DNA from: Patescibacteria group bacterium
Lineage (GTDB): Bacteria > Patescibacteriota > Minisyncoccia > Phycocordibacterales > Phycocordibacteraceae
DNA length: 64,000 nt
Direction: 5' to 3'
Assembly (NCBI GenBank): GCA_040384705.1
Contig: JAZKIU010000001.1
Location: 340,026-404,025 of the forward strand
The stretch's first letter is position 1; every line of letters begins with the position of its first letter. The notes under the pieces are model-generated. The model was not told the DNA's origin, did no database searches, and saw only the letters and a program-made list of their open reading frames with translations. Made by a program: the position numbers and the translations under genes. This document shows positions 49,416 to 59,391 of the stretch, in pieces.

Positions 49416-49692
49416 GTGAGCGTGGGCCCAGAAACGCCCTATTGATCCTCGAAAGAAACCATTCGCCACAGGGAGACCGCCCATGTACCGCATCCGATTG
49501 CGAAGCTCCTCGTAGAATGAAAACGCTCTGGCGGACGTGACGTCCGCATGCGAAACAAAGGCCACTTAGGGGTTTACGACCGATAGCTACCAGACGCTTC
49601 TGTCCGAGGGGTTCGCCCCAAAGAAGTAAGCAGACGAGCTTGACGGCAATGCCCACTCAAATAATGGCCGCCTGCAACGATGCAGCAAAGTG

Positions 49693-49752
49693 CCCATCCG
49701 GCCATGCCGGATGGGAGAAGGACCCAAGCTCACGCGCGGGTCCTTTTACTTT
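49693..49752 (+). terminator. Tandem hairpins plus T-run ending the promoter-driven non-coding unit, just upstream of ddl
   Basis: cccatccggc-cat-gccggatggg (perfect 10 bp stem) then ggaccc-N12-gggtcc then ttttactttatc. Confidence 0.5.
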
Positions 49753-49795
49753 ATCTATACTTAGTTCTTGCTTGTGCTTGCTATACTTCACCCAT

Positions 49796-50770
49796 ATGAG
49801 AGGCACGGTAGTGGGTGTTCTTCGGGGCGGGCCTTCGAGCGAGCACGAGGTGTCGCTGCGGAGCGGTCACACCATGCTCCGTAATCTGCCCGAGGACGCG
49901 TACACCGCGCGCGATATCTATATAGACAAGAAGGGTGTGTGGCACGAGCGCGGTGTCGCTACCACGCCCGACCGCATTCTTCCTACGCTCGATGTAGCGC
50001 TCATCGCGCTCCATGGGAACTATGGCCAGGACGGGGAAGTGCAGAAGCTCCTGGAGAAGTTCGGAGTGCCGTACACAGGTGCCGACCCGTGGGGCTCGTT
50101 CCTCTCGGGCCACAAGATGATGGCGAAGAATCATGCGATAGAGGCCGGGCTCATGACACCGGCCTACCGGTTCGTGGAGCGAGTGGAATCTATCGATGAC
50201 ATCGTGCTTGAGGTGACGCGCTCCTTCCATCAGCCGGTGGTGGTGAAGCCGGTGGATTCGGGATCATCGGTGGGCGTATCGGTGGTGGGCGGATACGCAC
50301 CGGTGCATCTGGCGGTCACGAACCTCTTCCTCGCAGGCACCAAGGGAGTGCTCATCGAGGAGCTCATAAGGGGCACGGAGGCTACCGTGGGTGTCGTCGA
50401 AGGTATGCGAGGCGAGGGGCTGTATGCGCTTCCTCCGGTGGAGATAGTGCCACCCTCTACTGCTGGATTCTTTTCATACGACGCGAAGTATTCGGGCGAG
50501 AGCCAGGAGATATGCCCGGGACGGTTCTCACGGCCGGTCTCCCAAGCGCTTATGGAAGCCGCGTGCATCGCGCACGCATCTCTCGGGCTTCGGCATTACT
50601 CCCGTTCCGACTTCATCGTCTCCACGAAAGGTATCTATTATCTCGAGACCAATAACGCAGCTGCGGTCGGTATGACGGATGCGTCCTTGTTCCCTAAGGC
50701 GCTCGATTCGGTCGGTATCTCGCTTCCGGAGTTTCTCTCGCACGTTGTTGAGCTCGCTATACGGAAATAG
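49796..50770 (+). CDS. ddl: D-alanine--D-alanine ligase
   Basis: VGVLRGGPSSEHEVSLRSG N-terminus; ATP-grasp; the in-frame upstream extension to 49640 crosses the terminator hairpins so is not coding. Confidence 0.8.
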   Translation: MRGTVVGVLRGGPSSEHEVSLRSGHTMLRNLPEDAYTARDIYIDKKGVWHERGVATTPDRILPTLDVALIALHGNYGQDGEVQKLLEKFGVPYTGADPWGSFLSGHKMMAKNHAIEAGLMTPAYRFVERVESIDDIVLEVTRSFHQPVVVKPVDSGSSVGVSVVGGYAPVHLAVTNLFLAGTKGVLIEELIRGTEATVGVVEGMRGEGLYALPPVEIVPPSTAGFFSYDAKYSGESQEICPGRFSRPVSQALMEAACIAHASLGLRHYSRSDFIVSTKGIYYLETNNAAAVGMTDASLFPKALDSVGISLPEFLSHVVELAIRK

Positions 50771-50772
50771 CT

Positions 50773-51111
50773 ATGGACGAACTGGCCAAGAAGAAGTGCA
50801 AGCCGTGCGAGGATGACGGGTTCCCCGCATACACACCGGAGCAGGCGGCGGATATGATGGCGCATATACCGGAGTGGAAGCTTTCTGTCGATGCCCGCAC
50901 TATCACCCGCAGCTTTCCCTTCAAGGATTTCAAGGGCGCACTTGAGTTCGCGAATAGGATAGGGAAGTTGGCGGATGAGGAGTGGCATCACCCCGACCTC
51001 ATCGTTGCCTGGGGGCGGGTTGAGGCCCTCCTCACCACCCATTCAATAAAGGGGCTTTCGGAGAACGACTTCATCATGGCGGCGAAGATAGACTTGTTGC
51101 TCGAAGAGTAG
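50773..51111 (+). CDS. Pterin-4a-carbinolamine dehydratase
   Basis: EEWHHPDLIVAWGRV matches the PCD signature [EDKH]x3H[HN]Px5-6[YW]. Confidence 0.75.
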   Translation: MDELAKKKCKPCEDDGFPAYTPEQAADMMAHIPEWKLSVDARTITRSFPFKDFKGALEFANRIGKLADEEWHHPDLIVAWGRVEALLTTHSIKGLSENDFIMAAKIDLLLEE

Positions 51112-51154
51112 GTATGGTATAAAAGGGCGACGGGGAAACCCGCGTTTTACGTTC

Positions 51155-51227
51155 GGGCCGTTAGCTCAGTTGGTAGAGCATCTCATTTGCAATGAGAGGG
51201 TCGCAGGTTCGAATCCTGTACGGTCCA
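51155..51227 (+). tRNA. tRNA-Ala (anticodon TGC) with the G3:U70 identity pair
   Basis: GGGCCGTTAGCTCAGTTGGTAGAGCATCTCATTTGCAATGAGAGGGTCGCAGGTTCGAATCCTGTACGGTCCA. Confidence 0.85.
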
Positions 51228-51384
51228 CCGTTTCTATTAGTTCGAACCTCCCGCAAGCCTCTCGATTCCGCGAGAGGCTTGCCCATTACATTAATACAGA
51301 AAACGATAGCTCCTGTACGAGCACTAAATTAGTGATATAGTCCCTCCGGGCAAGAACGCCGCAATTCAATTATGGGAGGCTGTC

Positions 51385-51921
51385 GTGATTCGCGAGATTA
51401 TCCACGACGATATCACCAACCCGCGTAACAGGTCGGATATCATCATCGGCATGAATTCGAGTCTGGCCGACGTCACTGGTATCGGACTGCCGTTCGTCAA
51501 GAACTCGATTCCTTCCCAGGCGCTTCAGCTCGGGTCGGTCATCACCTACGACTTCGACGGCAAGCGCCGGCTGCACATGATCATCTGCCATGACTTGGGT
51601 GACGGTGGCTGGGAATGCTCCGAGCGATACGTCCGCTTCGGCATGGACTACCTAGAGCATGTGGATCGCATTGACACCTACGGCGAAGGACATCGTAGCT
51701 ACTCGATCGTCCGCGTCGGCACGGGCCGCGTCGGTTCACGCGACGGCGCCGATCACATCGCGATCAATCGCGCGATGGCCGACAGTTTCCTCATCGTCGA
51801 CCTCTACGTCTGGAAGCGGGAAGAACTCATGGCTGACGTCCGTGCCATGCGTGCGCCTCTCAAGCCCTATCGGGCCTGGAGTAGCAGCGTGGGCGAAGTG
51901 CCACTCCTGCTCGCGGCTTAG
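51385..51921 (+). CDS. Hypothetical protein (178 aa) flanked by tRNA genes; weak macro-domain-like pattern
   Basis: IIIGMNSSLADVTGIGL loosely resembles the macro-domain AAN.sL..GgGV motif; very tentative. Confidence 0.35.
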   Translation: MIREIIHDDITNPRNRSDIIIGMNSSLADVTGIGLPFVKNSIPSQALQLGSVITYDFDGKRRLHMIICHDLGDGGWECSERYVRFGMDYLEHVDRIDTYGEGHRSYSIVRVGTGRVGSRDGADHIAINRAMADSFLIVDLYVWKREELMADVRAMRAPLKPYRAWSSSVGEVPLLLAA

Positions 51922-51945
51922 TCACGAAGTACAAGAGGCGTATGC

Positions 51946-52011
51946 TGCCGGGTCCGCGAGGGTCCGGCAGTTTCTATTACGGACTGAGGCTCGCATACGC
52001 GAGCCTCAGTC
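51946..52011. terminator. Two stacked hairpins forming a bidirectional terminator between the 51385 ORF (+) and the tRNA-Pro/Val unit (-)
   Basis: ctgccgg-N12-ccggcag+tttc, then perfect palindrome gactgaggctcgc-atac-gcgagcctcagtc (13 bp stem) ending 3 nt from the tRNA-Pro 3' end. Confidence 0.5.
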
Positions 52012-52014
52012 TTC

Positions 52015-52088
52015 TGGTCGGACCGCCGGGAATCGAACCCGGTCTATACGCACCCGAAGCGTATGTACTACCGGTATACTACGGTCCG
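52015..52088 (-). tRNA. tRNA-Pro (anticodon CGG) with encoded CCA
   Basis: Reverse complement CGGACCGTAGTATACCGGTAGTACATACGCTTCGGGTGCGTATAGACCGGGTTCGATTCCCGGCGGTCCGACCA. Confidence 0.8.
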
Positions 52089-52104
52089 TTCGGCACCACT
52101 CTTG

Positions 52105-52178
52105 TGCACCCTGTAGGATTCGAACCTACGGCCTTTCGCGTGTGAAGCGAACGCTCTAACCAACTGAGCTAAGGGTGC
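52105..52178 (-). tRNA. tRNA-Val (anticodon CAC)
   Basis: Reverse complement GCACCCTTAGCTCAGTTGGTTAGAGCGTTCGCTTCACACGCGAAAGGCCGTAGGTTCGAATCCTACAGGGTGCA. Confidence 0.85.
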
Positions 52179-52233
52179 GTAATCCGCACGATACCAGATG
52201 GGGTAGCTGCATGTCACGCTATAATCAGAGCAT

Positions 52234-52653
52234 ATGCATAGAGATACGATATCCATCCTCAAGCTCGTGGTGCTCATATTCCCCACGCTCGTCCTCATCG
52301 ATCTCATCTGGATAGGTGTCGTAGCGCAGGGGATATACCAGGACCAGATAGGATACCTTCTGAATGCTGACATCGGCTGGATACCGGCCATGCTCTTCTA
52401 TCTCCTCTACTCGGTAGCGGTCGCGTACTTCATAGTGCTCCCAGCAATACGCACCGGAGGCCCGCTCCAGGCGCTGTATCGCGGACTCTTCTTCGGACTC
52501 GTCGCGTATGCGACCTACGACCTCACTAACCTCGCGACGATCAGGGAGTGGCCGCTCACCATCACACTCATAGATATGCTGTATGGAATGGTGGTCACGG
52601 GTATCGCGTCGGCAATGGCATATATGCTCGGAAAAGGCCTGGTGTCTAAATAG
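52234..52653 (+). CDS. DUF2177-like 4-TM membrane protein
   Basis: Four hydrophobic helices, YATYDLTN motif. Confidence 0.5.
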   Translation: MHRDTISILKLVVLIFPTLVLIDLIWIGVVAQGIYQDQIGYLLNADIGWIPAMLFYLLYSVAVAYFIVLPAIRTGGPLQALYRGLFFGLVAYATYDLTNLATIREWPLTITLIDMLYGMVVTGIASAMAYMLGKGLVSK

Positions 52654-52656
52654 CTC

Positions 52657-53118
52657 ATGACGCTTCTCCCGTACCTATTCTTTATCTGCGCATCGCTTCT
52701 CGCTGGGATCATTGGCGCCGTGTTTACCCTCGATCAAATCCCGACATGGTATGCCTCTCTAACGAAGCCGTCATGGACTCCGCCGGACTTCCTCTTCGGT
52801 CCGGTTTGGAACGTGCTCTACGTCATGATGGGCATCGCTGCAGGCCTTGTATGGACGCGCGGCACATTCGGACGATTCTTCGTCATATGGTTCTTCCTTG
52901 CGCACCTGATGGTGAACGCTCTTTGGTCCGTTGCATTCTTCGGCCTGCATGAGCTCCTGCTCTCGCTCTGGATAATCGGGCTTCTATGGGTGCTCATTGT
53001 CATCCTCATCGGCCTGTTCGCGCGCCACTCCAAGCTCGCTGCGTGGCTGATGGTCCCGTACCTGCTCTGGGTGAGCTATGCGATGACGCTTAATGTAGGC
53101 ATTCTCTTCCTGAATTAA
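52657..53118 (+). CDS. TspO/MBR family tryptophan-rich sensory protein
   Basis: Five TM helices, W-rich, PxWxPP and WNxLY motifs (SWTPPDFLFGPVWNVLYVMMG). Confidence 0.7.
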   Translation: MTLLPYLFFICASLLAGIIGAVFTLDQIPTWYASLTKPSWTPPDFLFGPVWNVLYVMMGIAAGLVWTRGTFGRFFVIWFFLAHLMVNALWSVAFFGLHELLLSLWIIGLLWVLIVILIGLFARHSKLAAWLMVPYLLWVSYAMTLNVGILFLN

Positions 53119-53159
53119 AGAAACGCGGCCCCGAGGGACCGCGAAGTTGAAAGTGCTAT

Positions 53160-53501
53160 TTAGATTCTTGCAGCAAGAAGGGTGGTCATATTCTCGACCA
53201 TATCCTTCCTTAGCTGAATACGCGTAGGCATCTGAACGCCATTCAGCCACTGCTGGAGCTCCATCGAACTCACACCCAGCTCCATCTGGAAGTCGGTCGC
53301 GGTTATCCCGAAACGATGGAAGAGCCGGATGAGGCGTGTCCAGGCGACGAGGTTATCGGTATCCGACATATCCTCGGGACAGTAGAGGTGCGCCCTGAGC
53401 GTTCGGAGGAAGTTCCGCGCCGACTGCGGGTTAATCTCCGGCCTTTTCTCGAGGATAACGAGTTCGTTACCCAGAACATTCTGCATAGTGCTTCTCCCCA
53501 C
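53160..53501 (-). CDS. Small HTH-type DNA-binding protein
   Basis: RFGITATDFQMELGVSSMELQQWLNG resembles a Cro/C1-type HTH. Confidence 0.4.
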   Translation of the reverse strand: MGRSTMQNVLGNELVILEKRPEINPQSARNFLRTLRAHLYCPEDMSDTDNLVAWTRLIRLFHRFGITATDFQMELGVSSMELQQWLNGVQMPTRIQLRKDMVENMTTLLAARI

Positions 53502-53553
53502 AGGTTGTACAAAACTCCTGTTTCTATACCACAGAAACAGAAAACAGTGAAGC

Positions 53554-54609
53554 CTACTTTCCCTGCCCGTAGCTCTTCTTGAGCATCCTCACGTGGCCTT
53601 CGTAATCAGGGGAGCAGTGGAACTTGCCGTACTTATCATGGAAATAGAAGAGGCAGTCGGTCTCTCGGGGATTGAGCGCTGCTATGACCGCCTCGATTGA
53701 AGGGTTGGATATGGGACCTGGAGGAAGCCCTTTGTTCTTATAGGTGTTATACGAGGACTTTATGTACTTGTCGTTCGGGACGACTTTCGGCCACCACGAC
53801 TTCGTGCCTCCTGCGTTCGCCTTCGCGTACTGCAGCGTTGCGTCTATCTGCAGGTTCATGCCGACGAACAGACGATTCCAAATGATGCCCGATATCATAC
53901 GCATCTCAGCGGGGTCCCTGGTCTCGCGCTCAAGCATGGACGCGATGGTGAGCGCATCGTCGAGTGGCACTATCTCCGCAGTCGTGGTGCTGTAGCGGGC
54001 GAGGATGTCGTTCGAGAACCGCTCGTTCAGGAGCGCCTGTACATCCTCCTCATCCGCGTTGGTAGGAAGCGCATAGGTTCCGGGCACGAGCTCGCCCTCA
54101 CCGAGCGTCGGCGGTGTCGAGTGTATGTGCTTGATGAAGGTCGCGCGCTCGGCTGCGGTCCACCCAAGACTCTTACCGAAGGCGGCAGCAACCTCTTCCT
54201 CACGATACCCAGGAAGGATAGTGACGAAAGTGGTGTCAGCACCCACCGCTCCCGCTATCGAACGGTATGCGCCCGTATTCGCGACGGTTTCAGCGAGCCA
54301 GGTGAATATATAACCCGCCATGCCGACCGCTGCGGTGAGCTCAGGATTGTCTTCGGCGAGAAGTGCTTCGACTTCCGGGTCCTCGGTGATGGTGCGTGCG
54401 AGCGGATTAACGGTGACGGGGAAGGCGGCTTTGGGTTCCGACATCTCGGCGACATGGAGGTCGAGCGCGAGCACGGACGGAAGGGAGAAGAACCCGAGCG
54501 CGAGAATGAGGGTAGAGGCTGCGACCGGTCCGATGGCGAGCGCCTTCACGCGCAGCTTCTTAAGGACGCTCGGAGGCGCTTTCTTATTGGGTGACGCCGG
54601 GTGCGGCAT
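53554..54609 (-). CDS. mltG: Endolytic murein transglycosylase MltG/YceG
   Basis: GLPPGPISNPS and LFYF motifs of the YceG family; N-terminal TM; start placed at MPHPASPNKK. Confidence 0.75.
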   Translation of the reverse strand: MPHPASPNKKAPPSVLKKLRVKALAIGPVAASTLILALGFFSLPSVLALDLHVAEMSEPKAAFPVTVNPLARTITEDPEVEALLAEDNPELTAAVGMAGYIFTWLAETVANTGAYRSIAGAVGADTTFVTILPGYREEEVAAAFGKSLGWTAAERATFIKHIHSTPPTLGEGELVPGTYALPTNADEEDVQALLNERFSNDILARYSTTTAEIVPLDDALTIASMLERETRDPAEMRMISGIIWNRLFVGMNLQIDATLQYAKANAGGTKSWWPKVVPNDKYIKSSYNTYKNKGLPPGPISNPSIEAVIAALNPRETDCLFYFHDKYGKFHCSPDYEGHVRMLKKSYGQGK

Positions 54610-54736
54610 CAGGGATTTGGGCGGTGTGCCAGGCACTACCAATAGTCTAGCGACATTTCTTTCATTAGGGAACCGTGCATTTGTATAAGTGCACAACGGT
54701 GGCGGGAGCGATGATGAATATGCTAGGGTCAAACCA

Positions 54737-55264
54737 ATGCCTCCGGTAAAAGCGCATCAGAAGGAAACCGGTATCGATAAGATGGTTGCGTCCATCGGCT
54801 CGCTCCATTCCCTTATCATCCACTCGCTCATCTTCGCGAGCTTCTTCGTGATACCTACGCTCGGACTCGTCTCCTGGGAAATAATGCTGCTTGTGCTCAC
54901 CACCCTCGTCTCACTCGAAGCTATATATCTCGCCATCTTCATCCAGATAACGGTGAACCGGCACACGAAGTCCCTTAAGGAAGTCGAGGAGGACATCGAC
55001 GAGATCCAGGAGGATGTGGAGGAGCTCGGCGAGGACCTTGAGGACATCCAGGAGGATATCGAGGAGATCTCCGAGGACATCGATGAGATCCAGGAAGACG
55101 TCGAGGAAATGAACGAGGAGGAGCTTGGCGCGCACATGGTGAAAGAGGAGAAGAAGCGGAGCGATAAGAAGGCGGCCAAGACCAAGGAGGAGATGCTCGA
55201 GAAGCTGTCGAGGGATGTATCGAAAGTACTTGCGGATCTTGAGGCGCTTAAGGCGGGGAAGTAA
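54737..55264 (+). CDS. DUF1003-like membrane protein with acidic heptad-repeat tail
   Basis: Two TM helices then (E/D)DI(D/E)EIQEDVEE repeats and a Lys-rich end. Confidence 0.5.
   Translation: MPPVKAHQKETGIDKMVASIGSLHSLIIHSLIFASFFVIPTLGLVSWEIMLLVLTTLVSLEAIYLAIFIQITVNRHTKSLKEVEEDIDEIQEDVEELGEDLEDIQEDIEEISEDIDEIQEDVEEMNEEELGAHMVKEEKKRSDKKAAKTKEEMLEKLSRDVSKVLADLEALKAGK
54985..55125 (+). repeat. In-frame tandem approx 21 nt repeats encoding an acidic EDIDEIQ heptad array
   Basis: gaggacatcgacgagatccag / gaggatatcgaggagatctcc / gaggacatcgatgagatccag ... Confidence 0.6.
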
Positions 55265-55306
55265 TAACGTAAGGGCCCCGGTCGAAACCGGGGCCCTGGT
55301 GAAGGT

Positions 55307-55735
55307 TCAAGTCGAGCGCAGAGGATGCGGAAGCGGTGTAATCTTCACCGGAGCGTCTGTGGTCTCTTGCGCAATGGCCGTTGCGGCGAGCAGAAGGAAG
55401 ACGCGATCGAGGATGGGTTCCCGGCAGTAGACGGGCGGCAAGCGCTTTGACTCGGTCCAGTCCTTGATGAGGTCAGGTGTGGCTCCTTCGAGCAGGCTGG
55501 AGAGCGAGGCGCGAAGGACTCCATAGACGTTCACTGCGAGCGCAATGAACGCGGTGAACGACTCGTCCTCCTTCACAGCTTCCCGAAGTTGGGGACTCTG
55601 AAGCAGAACACAGAACTCCTGTATCTTATCCGTCCGGATATTTGACCAGCTCGTGCCGGTTTCCGGCGATTCAGCTAATGACATTCCTTCGTCTCCCTGT
55701 TGAATAGGTCGTGCTGTGGGCACATCTTGCAGCAC
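55307..55735 (-). CDS. Hypothetical protein
   Basis: ORF only. Confidence 0.3.
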   Translation of the reverse strand: MLQDVPTARPIQQGDEGMSLAESPETGTSWSNIRTDKIQEFCVLLQSPQLREAVKEDESFTAFIALAVNVYGVLRASLSSLLEGATPDLIKDWTESKRLPPVYCREPILDRVFLLLAATAIAQETTDAPVKITPLPHPLRST

Positions 55736-55822
55736 ATTATCATGATTTGGCCTACTTCCTACCCTCTGCTACACTGACCTCTATATGGTAGGGGTATCGA
55801 CCCAGCAGGGTCTTTTTTCAAT

Positions 55823-56961
<1,139 letters not shown>

Positions 56962-57017
56962 AGGAGTATTGCGGCGGTTCTTACCTGAATCGCTGCGCTC
57001 CTAAGAAAACCTAAGAC

Positions 57018-57461
57018 ATGGAACCACTTCTCGACGCATTCGGCATAGATTGGAAGCTCCTCCTCATGCAGGCGGTCAACTTCGGCGTGCTCTTCGTTGC
57101 GCTTACGTATCTCTTGTACAAGCCGACCCTCAAGACGCTCGATGAGCGCCGCGCGAAGGTCGCCAAGGGAGTGACCGACGCGGAAGAGGCGGAGAAGAAG
57201 CTTGCTGAAGCTGACGTGGAGGTCGCAAAGACGCTGAAGAGCGCAGAAGGAGAGGCGGAGGGTATCGTCGCGTCCGCTCGCGAAGCCGCAGGCGGCGAGA
57301 AGGCTCGCATCGTTAAGGAAGCCGAGACCCGTGCAGCCGCAATAGACGCAGATGCAGAGGCGCGCGCCAAGGAAACGGCAGCCAAGACCATCCGCGAAAG
57401 CGAGAAGGAAATCGCTCGCCTTGCGATACTCGCCGCAGAGAAGGCGATGCGCGCTAAATAG
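57018..57461 (+). CDS. atpF: F0F1 ATP synthase subunit b
   Basis: N-terminal TM then long Ala/Glu/Lys helix. Confidence 0.75.
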   Translation: MEPLLDAFGIDWKLLLMQAVNFGVLFVALTYLLYKPTLKTLDERRAKVAKGVTDAEEAEKKLAEADVEVAKTLKSAEGEAEGIVASAREAAGGEKARIVKEAETRAAAIDADAEARAKETAAKTIRESEKEIARLAILAAEKAMRAK

Positions 57462-57463
57462 CT

Positions 57464-57835
57464 ATGGAGAAGGTATACGCAGCCGCGCTCGCTAGTGCCG
57501 CATCGAAGGATGGGGCCGATGAGGTGAAGCTCGTATCCGGACTCGTGAAGCATTTGGAGAGCGTTGGCCGCATGAAGCTCCTTCCGGGGATACTTCGTGA
57601 GCTGAAGAGCAAGGAAGCTCGTGCTCAGGCGCTCGCACCCATTCTTGAAGTCGCAAGCGACGGAGAGAAGGCTGCGGCGGTAACTGCCGCGAAAGCTGAA
57701 GGCATCGAGACTAAGGACGTGCGCGTGAACGACAGCCTCATAAGCGGTTGGAGGGTGCGCAGCGGAGCGAAGCTCATAGACCGTTCAGGCAAGCAGGCAC
57801 TAGTAGAACTTTATAGGAACATCGTTACCAAATAA
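57464..57835 (+). CDS. atpH: F0F1 ATP synthase subunit delta (short, 123 aa)
   Basis: Position between atpF and atpA; C-terminal OSCP-like [22 protein letters not shown]. Confidence 0.6.
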   Translation: MEKVYAAALASAASKDGADEVKLVSGLVKHLESVGRMKLLPGILRELKSKEARAQALAPILEVASDGEKAAAVTAAKAEGIETKDVRVNDSLISGWRVRSGAKLIDRSGKQALVELYRNIVTK

Positions 57836-57837
57836 GT

Positions 57838-59385
57838 ATGGAGAGCATCATCAAGCGCATAGAGAACGAGATCGCATCCTTCGCCCCCAAGGGGAATACG
57901 GAGGAGTCAGGCATCGTGCGAGCGACCGGAGACGGTATCGCTGAGATCGATGGCCTCGACAACGCCATCATGACGGAGATGGTGCTCTTCGATCCAACCT
58001 TCGACCGCACCCTCGAGGAAGCGCTCAAGGACTCAGCTCCAGTCTACGGCCTCGTGCTCAACCTGGAGGAGGACGGCGTTCGCGCCGTTATCCTCGGTGA
58101 TGCCTCCAAGGTGTTCGAAGGCATGCTCGTGCGCCGTGTGGGTCGCCTCCTATCCATCCCGGTAGGTGACTCGCTCATCGGTCGTGTCGTGAACCCGCTC
58201 GGTGAAGCTGTCGACGGTAAGGGTCCGACTGGCGCTTCCACCTATCGCCCCATCGAGAGCGAAGCGTATGGCGTTATGGACCGCTCGCCGGTGAACACGC
58301 CGCTCCATACCGGTATCAAGGCAATCGATGCCATGACCCCAATCGGTCGCGGGCAGCGTCAGCTCATCATCGGTGACCGCGGTACGGGCAAGACCACCAT
58401 CGCTATCGATACCATCCTCAACCAGAAGTCGGAGAACGCCGACACCCGCCCTATCTGCGTGTACGTCGCTATCGGCCAGAAGGAGTCCAAGACCGCGAAG
58501 CTCGTTGCGCAGCTCACCGAAGCAGGCGCGATGGAATACACCATCGTCATCACGGCTCCGGCGTCGAGCCCAGCTGCCTTCCAGTTCCTCGCACCGTTCG
58601 CAGGAGCTGCTATTGCCGAGCACTTCATGGAAGCGGGCAAGGACGCGCTCGTGGTGTACGACGACCTTTCGAAGCAGGCGGTCGCATACCGCCAGATGTC
58701 GCTCCTCCTCAGGCGTCCTCCGGGCCGCGAAGCGTACCCAGGAGACGTCTTCTATCTTCACTCGCGTCTCCTTGAGCGCGCAGCGAAGCTCTCGAAAGAA
58801 AAGGGAGGTGGGTCAATAACCGCGCTCCCTATCATCGAGACGCAGGAGAACGATATCTCTGCATACATCCCGACCAACGTCATTTCTATTACCGACGGTC
58901 AGATCTTCCTCGAAGCCGACCTCTTCAACAAAGGTCTCCGTCCGGCTATGAACGTGGGCGTCTCGGTGTCACGTGTGGGTTCGGCAGCGCAGACCAAGGC
59001 CATGAAGAAGGTGTCCGGGAAGATAAAGCTCGAACTCGCGCAGTTCCGCGAACTCGAAGCCTTCATGCAGTTCTCGTCCGACCTCGATGCCGACACCAAG
59101 GCACGTATCGACTCCGGTCAGCGCATGACGGAAATGCTCAAGCAGCCTAACGGCAAGCCGCTTCCGTTCGAGATGCAGGCTGCGGTCATCTTCGCCGCGA
59201 CCAACGGATACTTCGACACATTCTCGCCGCTCGAGACGTCGGCCGCCGAGCAGCGTCTCCAGGACTTCCTCGGTCGCGAGGGTACGGGCGTGCTCGCAGC
59301 CATTCGTACGAGCCGCGAGATATCGGAGTCAACGGAGAAGGATCTTCGCGGGCTTCTCGATAAGTTCGTGGAGCGGTCTGCATAA
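57838..59385 (+). CDS. atpA: F0F1 ATP synthase subunit alpha
   Basis: [18 protein letters not shown] Walker A. Confidence 0.9.
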   Translation: MESIIKRIENEIASFAPKGNTEESGIVRATGDGIAEIDGLDNAIMTEMVLFDPTFDRTLEEALKDSAPVYGLVLNLEEDGVRAVILGDASKVFEGMLVRRVGRLLSIPVGDSLIGRVVNPLGEAVDGKGPTGASTYRPIESEAYGVMDRSPVNTPLHTGIKAIDAMTPIGRGQRQLIIGDRGTGKTTIAIDTILNQKSENADTRPICVYVAIGQKESKTAKLVAQLTEAGAMEYTIVITAPASSPAAFQFLAPFAGAAIAEHFMEAGKDALVVYDDLSKQAVAYRQMSLLLRRPPGREAYPGDVFYLHSRLLERAAKLSKEKGGGSITALPIIETQENDISAYIPTNVISITDGQIFLEADLFNKGLRPAMNVGVSVSRVGSAAQTKAMKKVSGKIKLELAQFRELEAFMQFSSDLDADTKARIDSGQRMTEMLKQPNGKPLPFEMQAAVIFAATNGYFDTFSPLETSAAEQRLQDFLGREGTGVLAAIRTSREISESTEKDLRGLLDKFVERSA

Positions 59386-59391
59386 TCACGT

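Noticed and set aside
49422-49760. Attempted identification of the ddl-upstream non-coding unit as tmRNA, RNase P RNA, SRP RNA or 6S RNA
   Set aside because: None of the following could be found by eye:
- P4 AGGAAAGUCCGGGCUCC / ACAGAAnCCGGCUUA elements
- GGGG...tRNA-like CCA end with an ANDENYALAA-type tag frame
- SRP domain IV GGAAGCAGCCAAGG

It is kept as an unclassified structured-RNA candidate only.
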